This document shows, one piece after another, positions 12,033-24,455 of a stretch of DNA of 64,000 nucleotides. The number at the start of each line of letters is the position of its first letter. Within the stretch, counting starts at the first letter, position 1. Position numbers and translations under genes: made by a program. This stretch comes from Felis catus (taxonomy: Eukaryota). Below the pieces are notes generated by a model that saw only the letters and a program-made list of their open reading frames with translations, made no database searches and was not told the DNA's origin. The stretch covers positions 235,416,001 through 235,480,000 of the forward strand of contig NC_058368.1 in NCBI RefSeq assembly GCF_018350175.1. Direction: 5' to 3'.

Positions 12033-13669
12033 AGGGGTCACTGTAGGTCCCACCGTCATTCCCCAGACCAGCACTGGCTGCAGACACGAGGGGGAAATTG
12101 CCACAGGGGAGGGGAGGGGCCGCTGGACCCACTGTGGATGTTGGGCAGCTTGACCAGGTAGGCCCCACTGGGTGGGTCGTCATGATCATAGGAAGGAAAG
12201 GAATCTGAATTCCTTTGGGGAGAAAAACAGTGGGCTAGTCAGTGATTCCATCTGGAGAGCATGGAGAGAAATGGGCAGCAAGACGGGGCGATTTGCAAAC
12301 GTGCGGCCAAAACCGTGTGGTGCCACAGCAGCTGGGGAGCCCTGGGCAGTGAGCTCTCCTCTGTTGGTCTGCAGGAGTGGAGGGCACGATCCCCAGGGGA
12401 ACGGCAGCAGGCCCTCCAGGTTGAAAGATCCCCCTGGGCCCCAGTTTGAGGTGAGTCACTGAAGGATGCTCAGGGACCCCAGAGGAGAAGGGTGACCAAG
12501 GCATTCAAGGCTCCGTCGCCCGTCCCTCCCTTCGGCAACCAGCAGGCAGGGCAGGGGGTCAGGCCAGCACACAGATACTATTTACATGACTCCTCGGTGG
12601 GATGAAAGAGACTAAGACGTTTATAGCCCAGACAGAGATATTTAGTGCTGATTTATAAATATTGCGTCAGCCTGGTGAGTCCATTCATCACTCGTCCTGA
12701 CAATTGCCATGGCTTGTCGCTAGGATCTTAGAACAAAGTGCCTGAGAAAGTTTACAAGATCAGGGAATTGAATGGTGGGCACAAATAGAAAGAAAGAAAA
12801 CCGACAAACCCTTGGAGGGCTGCGGGGTGCTCTGGACCGGTCATGTGGGCGGAGCATGTCCCCTGGCAACTCGAAAGGCCACCGCCAAGGAAAGCCTGGG
12901 AAAACTTGATTATTCCTCGAAGATGCCAGGACACCTCGAAGACTCTCTCGCTCACGGATGCACGGGAGTCCGCTAGCATGTCCTTCTCTTCATCCTCACT
13001 GACCCCCCCCATCTGTCACCCTCCCCCCAAACCTTAGCGTTCACCTGCTTAGGACACCCAGCGGCCGCAGGAGAGACTCCAGGTTGAAACGCGGTGTTCC
13101 TCACTCCCCTGCTTTCTGTGTGATGCGTTCCTCTTTCCAATTCCTGCCGAGTCCAGAACTGCCCTGGGCAGTGGTCCCTTCCTAATCATCTCACGGTCCG
13201 TTTTCTCCAGCTGCCCCTTCGGAGGCTGCAAGCCAGCTCACCAGGGTGACCAGGGGAGCGCGTGTGCACCCCTGCGGGTAAGGGGCCATCGACACAGGAG
13301 AGTCAGCCCTCAGGCGCGGCTGATGGGAAGGTTCCTTCCATCCTGGAGCCCGTGCTCCAAATTATCTCGTTGTATCAGCTTTTCTCCTCTACGAGGTTCT
13401 TGACAGATCTTTGGGCAACTCGGGTGTCCATAGACGTTTGAAAAGAAAGCACCCGAGTCCCTAAAATTTTGTAGGAGGGATGGGCAGAGCATCTTGGAGA
13501 GAAGACACGGGCTGCTTTCTGGGACCATGGATAGAGAGCCAGGACTGTAGGGAGCCCACCTGCCTTGCTGCTCCCCATGGTGGGATCCAGGAGGAGTCAC
13601 CTCAGCTCCTTGGGTCTCAGGTGCCCACAGACAGAATAAGTGGGGTGACTTGCACACACTCTCCTTTTT

Positions 13670-13868
13670 ATTAATGCTTATTGTATTTTTGAGAGAGAGA
13701 GAGAGAGACAGAGAATGTGAGCAGGGGTGGGGCAGAGAGCAAGGGGGGACAGAAGCAGGGTCGGTGCTGACAGCCAAGAGCCTGATGCGGGGCTCGAACC
13801 CAGGAACCGTGAGATCACGACCTGAGCCAAAGTCGGACGTTCAACCGACTGAGCCACCCAGGTGCCCT
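13670..13868 (-). mobile_element. Can-SINE (SINEC)
   Basis: (GA)n tract to gagccacccaggtgccc. TSD cactctccttttta on both sides. Confidence 0.93.
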
Positions 13869-14005
13869 AGCACTCTCCTTTTTAAGATGCACTGCTTGTT
13901 TCCAAACACAATGGTTTATTTTAACTTTAAACAAAGTCAATTGCTCTTTACAAAGTCAAATCGTTTACACCGAGCTGTTAATTCTCATTTTCTGAACGTA
14001 TAATT

Positions 14006-14125
14006 TGTGTGTGTGTGTGTGTGTGTGCACGTGAATGTGTCTGTGTGTATGTATTTGTGTGTGTGTATGTGTCAGGGATGCATCTGTTTGTGTATATGCG
14101 TATGTGTGTGTACATCTGTGTACAG
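14006..14125. repeat. (TG)n microsatellite with degenerate extension
   Basis: Read directly. Confidence 0.9.
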
Positions 14126-15142
14126 GGAGTACGTCTATTCATCCTGTTTTCACCCCGATCCCACTGGCAGCGACGTGCACAGCTGGATTTTACTGTAGAC
14201 GTTTGAATGCCTGATCGCTGCATAGGCAGCTGGGAGAAGGAAGAGTCGTGTGACCCGAGAGGGTAGGCTGTCTACACAGGCAGTGGGAGGCACCTAGGCT
14301 CTCGGGACATGTGGGGAGGCTCAGGGACCGGTGGCCAGAGCCTCCTAGCTGGCACACAGGAGCCGCTATTTAACTTCCAACAATACAGTTTAAGGAGGAA
14401 AACGACCAAATGAGAAATGAGATGAAAACTTGGTGTTCTTCCAAAGCCGTGCTGTCCAGCTGCCACACCGCGTGCTGGGCCGGTCGGTTCCGCCTTTTAT
14501 CCTGTTCAGTCGCGTAGGGAGGCCAGGCCCAGCCTTCCAGTGTGCTGGCCCCAAACCCTGGCGTCATCCTCGGCCCCTGTCTCAGCTCCCACCCACATCC
14601 CGTACCTCCGCAGGTCTCCTTGTTCACGCCTCCAGAATGTATCCAGGGATGGCCTCTCTCTCAGAATGTCCACCTCTACTCCTCCTACGATAGCCTCCAC
14701 CTTCCCTTCCCTGCCTCCTTTATCACTCCTGCTCAGAGCAGCACGGAGGGTCTTACTAGCCCAGCCCTTCTCACTCCTGGTCCTTCCCTCCTCCCCCTCT
14801 TGTTCAGATGTGACCACACAGGCCCACGAGGCCCCCAATATGGCGTACCCAACCACTGACCCAGCTCCCACCATGCCTGCCTCCCCGCCTCCCTGACACG
14901 TCTCACCCTCCAAGCAGGACCCTGCTGTCCCCTCCGGCCGCTGTGCTCCTCTCTGGGTGCCTGGCCAGCTCCCTCCCTCCTTTCTGTCAGATCTCAAATG
15001 TCCCTAAACGGGGAGGCTCTCCCATACAGCCACTGACCTTCCTCCCTCCTCCTGGCCTGCACCCAGCCTCCCTCCATATTTGTTGTTCATTTTTCTCCAT
15101 AACACTTAGACCTTTGGCATTCTGTGTGTGTGTGTGTGTGTG

Positions 15143-15596
15143 TGTATTAGTTTGCTCGGGCTTCTGTAACAACACATCACCAATAAGTGACTTAAACTAC
15201 AGGAGTTTATCGTCTCCCGCTTCCGGAGGCTGGAAGTCTGAGATCAAGGTGTGGGCTTGATCAGGGCTGGTTCCTTCAGGGGCTGTGAGGGCTGGTCTGC
15301 TTCAGGCCTCCCTCCCGGCTTCTGGTGCTTTGCTGGCAATCTCTGGTGCTTGTGGCTTCTAGAAGAATCACTCCTACCTTTGCCTACACATTCACGTGGC
15401 GTTCCCCCTGAGCATGTGTCTGTGTCCAAAACTCTCCTTTTTAGGAGCACGTCTTTTTTATCCAGCCCATCTTAATGACCTCGTTTTAATTTAGTGACTC
15501 TGTAGAGACCCTATATCCACATAAGGTCACATTCTGAGGTCCGGGGGTGAGGGCTTCAACGTAGGAACTTGGGAAGACACAACTCAATCCATAACG
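15143..15596 (-). mobile_element. MaLR solo LTR (MLT1B/C-like), abutting a (TG)n run at 15123-15145
   Basis: tgtattagtttgct...ggaggctggaagtctgagatcaaggtgt...aaggtcacattctgagg...gacacaactcaatccataac. Confidence 0.88.
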
Positions 15597-16145
15597 GAAC
15601 GTGTTTATAATTGTCAGGTTACAATCTGCACCCCACCCCCACCCCCGCTGCTGCGCAAGGGCAACAGAAGCCCCAGGAAGGGAGAGGAGTCTGTCAACCG
15701 CTATGCATTCCACCCTGGAACAGAAGCGACGTCATGGTCATGCACACTACACAGCCGTGAATCTCAGCGGGTAAAAGGAGCCCCTGACCATCATCCGGCC
15801 ACTTCTGCCGGGACAGCCACCAACGCTCCAGGGGACTCTCTGGGCCACACGTAAGAAGATTTAGACCCAGACACTGTGATCCTGAAGAAGGAGGTTGAAC
15901 GAGCGCTACTCTCGGTTTTTTATGACTATTAACGTATACATTTTGGTTTCTCCTTCCTGGCGCCACCCCGGGGATCTCCGCAGCAGGGCCACTGCCGATT
16001 GGACAGCGAGTTTCACAAGTGAGCATTTTATAATCCCAGAATCTGTGTGGCCATGATCGGCTACCTTGTTTTGACTCCGTTTCTTGATGATTCCAACGGC
16101 AGGGTCTCAATGAATCTCAGGCTCTCTTGGTCTCATTATCCATTC

Positions 16146-16357
16146 TTTTTTTTTTTTAAGTTTATTTATTTATTTTAGGGCAGGGGAGGGAGAGAGAGAG
16201 AGAGAGCATGAGAGCAGGAAAGAGAGAGAATCCCAAGCAGACTCTACACCGTCAGCACAGAGCCGGACTCGGGGCTCGAACCCATGAACTGTGAGATCAC
16301 GACCTGAGCCGAAACCAAGAGCCAGATGCTCAACCAGCTGAGCCACCCAGGCGCCCC
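16146..16357 (-). mobile_element. Can-SINE (SINEC)
   Basis: Poly-T, GA tract, gagccacccaggcgcccc end. TSD atccattc. Confidence 0.95.
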
Positions 16358-18169
16358 GATCCATTCCTGAGCTGAATTGCGGTGCTGGAGCCCAGGTGGT
16401 GCATCTTCCTTCCCCCAGCATCTTAAATGATGGCACCTGCACATCTGCATACAAGCAGCTTCATCCAATCACAAACCAATATGCTTGCATCATTTGCATA
16501 CAGTGCTGGAGCATCCAATCAGGCTGCAGTACCATAAGGCATTCCAGAAAGTACCTTCTCAGGAGGTGGAGGTGAGACCGGAAACCTGATAGGGGATGTG
16601 CTGCTTCTTAGCGTACATTCGAAGAGAGAGATTACCAAAAAACCAGAAAAGCAAAAATTATAAAACAACTCAGAAGTCAGTTGTATCAGTCGTGTTAAAA
16701 CTCCTCTTCTAACCCTCAGTTCTTTCAAAAGGACTTCGGGGGCTCAGGTGCAGACTGAAGTCTCTTCCAGCTACAAACAACAAGAACCTTAATCCAATCT
16801 GGTTTCATTCTTCATCTTAGATTACTCTGTAAACAGTCATTATCAGGCAGAAGACGTTCCAGACAGGTCGAGGGTTTTTCTTTTTGGCAAACGTAAACAA
16901 ATTTCCAAACCCAACAAAAATAAACGTGTATCTTCACACTTTGCAAACTCCATCAAGTTCGATAGTCATCGCCAGGTCACCAAAGATCAGCAAGTGATGA
17001 GTTTCTTTGATACAGTTGATTCTGTAGAGGCAGTTTATAAACTGTAACTCCATTCTCGCTCCCAGACTCCCTTCGCAGAAAACTGATCATTCTGATGTGA
17101 GCAGGCATCGGCAAAACAAGGATTTCACCCTTAACCACTTGTAGGCTCTGGGTAAATCATCAGTCCGCACAGAGGCAAGCGTAAAAGACCGAGTTCCTAG
17201 AGAGACTGGCAAATGAGAGCGGGCATGGTTTACCAAGAGGCATTCATGAATGTTTTCTAAAAAATGAAAACTACGTGGGCCAAACAAAAGTTCTCTGTGC
17301 ATGAAACGCGGTCCTGGAGCCAGCAGCCGGTGACGTCTGACATGTGCAGGCAAACCGACCATTCATATATCACTTGTGGATACTGATCAATAAATAGATG
17401 TAAGATTTCGTGTCAGTTGTCAATGGGGGTCACTCTCTTACAGGAATACGTGCAGAACAACCCTTTGCAGGTCACGTGAGCTAACCAAGGGAAAGGTGTT
17501 CTCTCCTCTTTGGCTAAAGAGATGAAGTCTTTCGGTGGCTCGGGATGGTGATGCTGCCTTGGAAACAGGATGACACCTGTTTCCTTCAGCGGCCCCGGGG
17601 TCTCTGCGCTTCTATTAAGTGTCCCCGCCTCTCCTGGTACCCATACTGGGGCAGGCGGTTCAGAGGCCACGGGCCAGAAAGATCCCTGAAGTCACCCCAT
17701 CTTATCACCCGTGGGGGCCCTTCTGGGGCACAAACCAGTGGAGCCCTCTGCAGGAGATCACCAGGGAGGCTCACACTCCTCTGTTGTGCAAGGCGAGGGG
17801 GCACAGGGGAGGGGCTGCTTCTAGAAAAGCAGCCCCTAGAAGAATGACTTTGGAGAGATGAACTTTTCTCTAGCACTGAGCATCTTACCAAGAATCTTCT
17901 AAGATTTTCCCCACGTTCCCACATCTGCTCCTGTCATTTCCCCCACGCTGTCTCCTTACTGGGATTCACAGAAACGGACCCCCTCAAAATATCAAACAGA
18001 GTGCTTTGGGCCAAGATCTCTCGGCCTGAGCACCGGCCATCTGTGCAAACACCACACCCGGCAGGCCAGGCTCACGGTAGCCGCTAAGTACGTGCTGGTG
18101 AGTCTGGTCACCTGTCTCCTGGGGCTCGTCCCCCACCCCCGTGCCGATGCCCCGAGCTGAGAGCCCTCC

Positions 18170-18635
18170 GTGGCGGCTTCCCTGGGCTGTTATGCCGAGT
18201 GGCGACAGCCTCGACTCCACGGCTGGAAGCCACACGCGTGTGTATTCCCTCACGATTCTGGAGGCACGAGTCTGAAGCCAGCGTCACGGGCTGAACGGCC
18301 GGCTTGGGCAGGACTTTAGGGAAGGGTCTGTCCCCTCCCCCCTCCAGCTTCTGGTGGCACAGGCGCTCCCTGGCGTGTGGCTGCATTACCCGAACCGCCC
18401 AGTCCAGCCTTACAAATCTCTGTGCTCACCACGGCCTCCTTCTGGGGCCAACCTCCCTCACTTCCCCCCAGGGAGGACGCATGAGACTGATCACACACGG
18501 GCACGTAAGCCAGCCTCGCCTCCCCTTCTCGAGATCCCCAGGCGGGCGCATCTGTGGTCTCCTGCCCCGTAGAAGATGATGCTCACAGGTCCTGGGGATG
18601 GGGGCCTGACGGCGTCCATCACCCAGCCTGCCGCC
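18170..18635 (-). mobile_element. Decayed MaLR LTR (MLT1D/E-like)
   Basis: ctcacgattctggaggc...gagtctgaa, ccagcttctggtggc, tgtggctgcattac and ctcacaggtcctggggat landmarks. Confidence 0.6.
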
Positions 18636-19491
18636 CGCCCCGTCTAAACAGGAAGACATCTGGACTCCGGGGATGTGCATCCATCACTCGTGAAGAAACA
18701 AGCGGACGGAGGCGGAACTGCTGAGCACAGCAGCCGGAGGATGCTTGAGCTACGAAAGGAAACTCAGCTCCGCCTAGACTGAGAATCATGGCCTCAGAGA
18801 GAGGGATGGCCTTTGGTGATGACCTGTGTCCCTGCCCACGCCACTCTGGGCTGCAGCGGCTCTGACCGGGCAGCCGGGCGTGCACTAGTCACACGCTTCC
18901 GACCAGTCGTCCCAAGACCGTCCGATCCCACCGCGCCCTGCCTGCACCTTCCCTCTCCCCGCTGTCTCCCTCCCACCGCGGCGTGGACGTCCACCCTGTG
19001 CCGGGCGCGGTGTTTCTTCACCCACTTTTGAGGCTCTGTGATCACATACATACGAATGTAGAGTCGTAGACCTTTCCAGCTTTCCGTTTGCCCTTGGGGC
19101 CAACCTTCTCCATCCCTGATGCTTTCAGCCTGGGAGCCCGCTCTGACGTCAGCAGCTGCCTGGCTGGGGATGATGCCCTGGTATGTTCCTGGCACGGCTT
19201 CCTTCCGCTTTTCGACTCGCAACTTCTATGCAACTTTCTGTTGTAAGTGTGTCACGTGTTAACAGGATACAGCCAGGGCTTATATTATTTTGTTACATTA
19301 TTTTATCTCAGGCAGCTTCTGTCTAGGTATAGAAGCTTTCTGCGTGTGTTAGGTGTTCATGTTTCTTAAACTATGTCATTCAAGTGAGTCCTTCATGATT
19401 TACTTCCAGCCTATTTGATATTAGGTGTTATATCCCTTGCAGCCCATTTGATATTATGCATCATACACATAGGCCTTTAAGTTGATTCCAT

Positions 19492-19530
19492 TTTTAAAAA
19501 TTAAAAAACAATTTTTAATGTTTACTTATT

Positions 19531-19570
<40 letters not shown>

Positions 19571-19719
19571 CAAGTGGGGGAGGGGCAGAGAGAGAGGTAG
19601 ACACAGAATCTGAAACAGGCTCCAGGCTCCGGGCTGTCCGGGGCTTGAACTCATGGAGTGTGGGATCATGACCTGAGCTGAAGTCAGATGCTTAACCAAC
19701 TGGGCCACCCAAGTGTCCC
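19492..19719 (-). mobile_element. SINEC_Fc-type SINE
   Basis: (GA)n, gacacagaatctgaaacaggctccaggctcc, head at right. Confidence 0.93.
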
Positions 19720-19724
19720 TGTTA

Positions 19725-19933
19725 TATTTTTTCTTTATTTTTGACAGAGAGAGAGAGAGAGACAGAGCATGAGCGGGGAAAGGGGAGAGAGAGAGGGTGA
19801 CACAGAATCCGAAGCAGCTCCGGGCTCCGAGCTGTCTGCACAGAGCCTGATGCGGGGCTCAAACTCACGAACCGCGAGATCATGACCTGAGCCGAAGTCG
19901 GATGCTCAACTGACTGAGCCACTCAGGCGCCCC
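19725..19933 (-). mobile_element. SINEC_Fc-type SINE (in tandem with previous)
   Basis: gagatcatgacctgagccgaagtcggatgctcaactgactgagccactcaggcgcccc. Confidence 0.95.
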
Positions 19934-21247
19934 ATTTAAATAGGTGCTACATACTTTGTCCTTGTCCTTATTAATTAATTAATTAATTATATTAATACTC
20001 TCTGTGGGATCATAGGTCTAATGAAATGCGTGTGTTCATGTGAACACACGTGTCCTACACTACAGTAAAGTAAGTGTCTGAGAGTTGAAATAAAAGCAAA
20101 ACGCCCATGCACTGCTCGAAATGTTCTAGAGGGCTTCCAGGATGCGTGCTTTAAGAGGCCCTGCAAATTTTAATAATCTATCATTTTCTGAAGTAAAGAA
20201 TGGTGCTTTTACGTCAGCCAACTTAGATCGGCAAAGACTTGGGGACTCTTAACCGAATAAACACAGGCTGACACGATTAACAGCCACGGGCATCTGGGGA
20301 AAAGACAGTGAGCACAGAAAAGCAGGGAAACAAGGCTGTGATGGGCACAGCGGGCGGGGGTCTGCCGGACACAGGACCCGAATTTTCGTTTTGTAACCAA
20401 ATTCCGGGGACGGAAACATGAGGGTTTACTGCTTGCAGTACCCATAAAATAAAAAGGAGGCGAGATGTTCAGAGAGAGGATGTGCCAGTGATTGAAACAC
20501 GAGGAAACGTCCCCGGAGCCCCGTGGAGGAGACACCGTGGGACGCCCCGCTGTGCCCTGAGAACTTAGGCCCCAGAACATCCCCCGCGGAAACGCAGGAG
20601 GCCCGGGTACACCACGCGGGCCCTGGGCCTTGGCCTTTCCTGCCTGACACCGCTGAAGCCAGGCGGGACGGGAGGGGACCCTTAGGACGGAGGGGCCACT
20701 CCACTGAAGGGAACCTTCCAGAAATATTTCTTCTGTCAGCTGAGCCCTTGAGTGGAAGGAGCCCCTGAGTGGCAGAGAGCTCAAAGTTACCCTTGAAAGA
20801 TAGCTGGGGTGTGGCCCCTCTGTTTCACGAAGGTCAGACTCAGGCTGGCCCTGTGCAGGTGGTGGGCCTGAGCAGAAGACCCCCCCCAGGGGACAGCGGA
20901 GCCCCAGAGGCTGGCGACGCCCAGGGCACAGGGGACCCAAGGCCCGGGCCTCGTGGCCCCTGCTCTCTCTCTCCCTCCTGGGACCAGCCCTCACAGACGG
21001 CACGCTGTGGTCGTTGGCCACTCATTTTTAGGTTTCTGGTTCTGAAAAGTGATATACGTGATATGTGAATAAATCCTTCCCGGAAAAGATTTAAGCTGCA
21101 CGGAGTTATCTGCCCAAAGTGCGGGAACTGCCCTTCACTGTTCCCTTAGCCTCCAGGGACAGCGACAACGCCTTGGCATCCTTCACGTACTATGCATTGC
21201 ACACTCACACACACACCATACACAACACATACTCACGCACACACACC

Positions 21248-21773
21248 TGATGGGGTTTTGGAGTGGTAGGGGTTTGGAGCCGACCGCCAAGAAAGAATCC
21301 TTGAAGATGTCTTTGGTGCAAAAAAGGTGATTTGATGAAAGCAGGGGCCAGGAAAAGCTGCCGTGGGAGTGCGGAGAGTGGCTGGTTATTCACTGGGGAG
21401 CTGGGGAGGTGAAGCCCAAAGGGAGGCCTCCAGAAGGACTCTCCTATGCTGCAGAGGGCTCCTAGGATCCCTGAGGCCCAGCTATTGTCAAGCTAAGGCC
21501 GTTTCTCTCTAGTGAGGCATTAACATCAGGACATCGGATGGTAGGGGGTTCCTAGAGAAACGTTCTCCTCTGGATTTGCCTCAAGTATTTGCCAATGGGC
21601 TGCAGGTGATAAGGGAATTTAATCTTACCTGCCACTTCTGGCCTTTGTTGCCACATCACTATGGAGGGGAGGGTGATGTTGGGGCTCCAAGAAACTGAGT
21701 TTAGAGGTTTCTGGAGATCCGGCTATTGATAGCATTGCCTTTTTCTTGTCATTTGCTAAGGTGTTTGTAAATT
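21248..21773 (-). mobile_element. Carnivore ERV LTR fragment (CarLTR1-like), truncated at a SINE
   Basis: tgatggggtttt...gccaagaaagaatccttgaagatgtctttggtgcaaaaaaggtgattt...ctatggaggggagggtgatgtt resembles a carnivore LTR consensus as I recall it. Confidence 0.65.
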
Positions 21774-21990
21774 GGGACGCCCGGGTGGCTCAGTCCGTGA
21801 AGCGTCTGACTCTTGATTCGGCTCAGGTCACGATCCCAAGGTCATGGGATCAAATCCCATGTCGGCTTCCATGCTGGGCGTGGAGACTGCTTAAGATTCT
21901 CTCTCTGTCCTTCCCCTACTTGCAAGGTCTCTCTCTCTCTCTGTCTCTCTCCCTCTCTCTCTCTCAAAACAAATACATAATTTAAAAAAT
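21774..21990 (+). mobile_element. Can-SINE (older SINEC type)
   Basis: gggacgcccgggtggctcagtc...tggagactgcttaagattctctctct, A-rich tail. Confidence 0.92.
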
Positions 21991-23448
21991 TACTTGGTGA
22001 CAGTGGCGGGGAGAATGGATGGGTGGGTCGCAGTGTGTGGAAGACGCCAGAATCCGGCTTCAACTGCCCCCGCCCCCCAGCACGGCCACAGAAGACCAAA
22101 GTGAACACGCTCCAGGAATCCCTGTGCATTAATGAGAAATTCCAGCCGCGAGGGGCATGTGATAAAATCTGTGAAAATGTGGGGCTTTGAGGATGCTGCC
22201 CGGGAAAGGGCTGTGCTTGGGTTTTTCCAGGGGTGGGATGTGTGGGTTGAATGGGGTTTTTTTGTTTTATTTTTTCTTAATTTCCTGAGTACATAGGTAT
22301 CAGCTGTGGGCCCCAGAGGAGAGTGATGGGAGCAGGGTCCGGCCTTCCCCCGCCCACGCAGGGCTCACAGGTGGCAATGCGGGCGGTTTCGGGGAGGCCA
22401 CTTTGTGGAATTGGGCTGTGCTCTGTGTCTGGGAGAGACGGAAGAACAGGTCGAAATTCCACGCTGAGGGCTGAGGGCCTAGGACATTTGACACATTATG
22501 TACAGGGGGCTGGACCGTCTCCGTGAGCTCCTTGTTGTAGGAAGACAAAGCAGTCTGCCGATGTGTGCAGTTTGCATCGGAAGAAAGGGCCTTGAGGGGC
22601 CGAGAGGTGCACACGGGGTGATTCAGGGAGGACCCGACCAAAGGCCGACTGGTCCTTCTAAGGGGTTTCAAGTTTCCAGTGTTACACGCGGCATAAAAAT
22701 GACACCTGTGCTCTACTCTGAGCCTGAGAAGCACGCTGGAGGTCGCAGTCCAGCCACACGCTGGGAGAGGGCCAGTCACCAGGGTCATGTCGCGGGGCAC
22801 ACAGCCGCAGGTGGTGCTGTTGGAAAGAAGGGGACGAGGAGGACGTTGGTCTGCAGAACAGACAGAGGAAGGCAGAGGTCGGCAGAAGGCCTGGCCGGAA
22901 CCAGCTCGGCGGAAGGGCACGCGAGATGAAGAGGGCAAGAGCATCAGTGATGGGTCAGGACGAGACACGGGAGGCGTGAGCGGGAGTCTCCCTAAAACAC
23001 ACGGTGGAACTATTTCCTTGTGGCCGTAAGCACCGGTCCTCTCTATCACACCAGGCGCTAATCTCTTAGGGTTGCTTAGAACATAATAAAATGAACTGAC
23101 TCATGTTTTCAGTAATTCTTTTCCCCCTTTACTGGTCCTCCTTGAAAAGTGTAGATCATCAAAAAAAAAAAAAAAAGAAAGATTAAACTCCTGGAAGAAA
23201 ACATACACATAAATCTCTATGACCTTGGATTAGACATCTGTTTCTGAGACATGAGGCCAAAAGCAAAAACAAAAGAAAAAAAAAAAAGATACTCACTGGA
23301 CTTTATAAAAATAAACTTGTTCTCAAAAAAAAACCCCACTCTCAAGAAAGTGATAAGACAACCCACAGAGCAGGAGAACGTATTCGCAAATCATATACTG
23401 ACACCCACAACACATAAAGATAAGTAAATTCAATAATAACGATGTGGA

Positions 23449-23574
23449 GGGGCTCCTGGGTGGCTCAGTTGGTGGAGAGTCAAACGTCTGGTTTCGGCTC
23501 AGGTCACAATCTCAGGCTTCAGGAGTTCGAACCCCGCATCAGGCTCTGCGCTGACAGTGTGGAGCCTGCTTGGG

Positions 23575-23620
<46 letters not shown>

Positions 23621-23656
23621 CCCCCCTCTCAAAATAAACATATACACTTAAAAAAA
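23449..23656 (+). mobile_element. Can-SINE (SINEC) with long (CT)n
   Basis: Head ggggctcctgggtggctcag. TSD ga(t/a)gtggag. Confidence 0.93.
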
Positions 23657-24228
23657 CAGAAGTGGAGCCCTCCCAACTCGCTGGTGGGCACACAAAATGG
23701 TACAGCTTCTTCGGAAAACAGTTCGTCAGCTCCTCTATGTTAAGCAAGGAATCTCCATAGGACCCAGCTATTCTAATCCTGGGTAAAAACGCAAGACAAA
23801 GGAAAACATATGTCCATCCAAAAACTACGCACACTTGTTCATAGTAACAAAAAGTTAGAAGGAACTCAAGCCTCCACCTACTGAAGCATGGATCAACAAA
23901 ATGTGGGCGTTCTATGACCCGCAGGAACAAGGAATGAGGACCCGATACAGGCGAGAGCACGGCAGAAACCCGAAAGCATGCTCCGTGAAGGAAGCTAGCC
24001 GCAGGGCCATGCACTGTGTGAGTCCTTGGGTAGAAAAAGCCCAGAACAGCCCTGGTCATCAAGGCAGAATGGCAATTGGGCATTGCCAGGGGCCCAAGCA
24101 CCTGCTGATAGCGGGGAGTTTCTTCTGGAGACGGTGAGAATGTTCTGGCATGGGTCGTGGTGATGCTTGCACGGATCTGTGAATACACTAAAAACTACCA
24201 AAGAGTATACTCTAAAAGGATGAAATCT

Positions 24229-24455
24229 GGGGCCCCTGGGTGGCTCAGTGGGTGAAGCGTCCGACTTCGGCTCAGGTCACGATCTTGAGGTCTGTGAGTT
24301 CGAGCCCCACGTCGGGCTCTGTGCTGACAGCTCAGAGCCTGGAGCCTGTTTCGGATTCTGTGTCTCCCTCTCTCTCTGCCCCTCCCCCGCTCATGCTCTG
24401 TCTCTCTCTGTCTCTCAACAATAAATAAATGTTAAAAAAAAATTCAAAACAAAAT
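24229..24455 (+). mobile_element. SINEC_Fc-type SINE
   Basis: Full-length body. TSD aggatgaa inside the L1 terminus. Confidence 0.95.

Noticed and set aside
19526..19922. Recurrent MAQSV/MAQLV...TSAQVMIS ORF family across the window
   Set aside because: Every instance is a translation of a SINE, not a protein family.
20209..23049. 270-aa and 249-aa minus-strand ORFs downstream of ADAMTS16
   Set aside because: Low-complexity Pro/Arg/Ser composition typical of GC-rich non-coding DNA, with no recognisable domain or splice support.
23499..24188. 229-aa ORF over L1 sequence
   Set aside because: Antisense to a decayed L1 and running into a SINE (CT)n tract. Not a functional ORF2.
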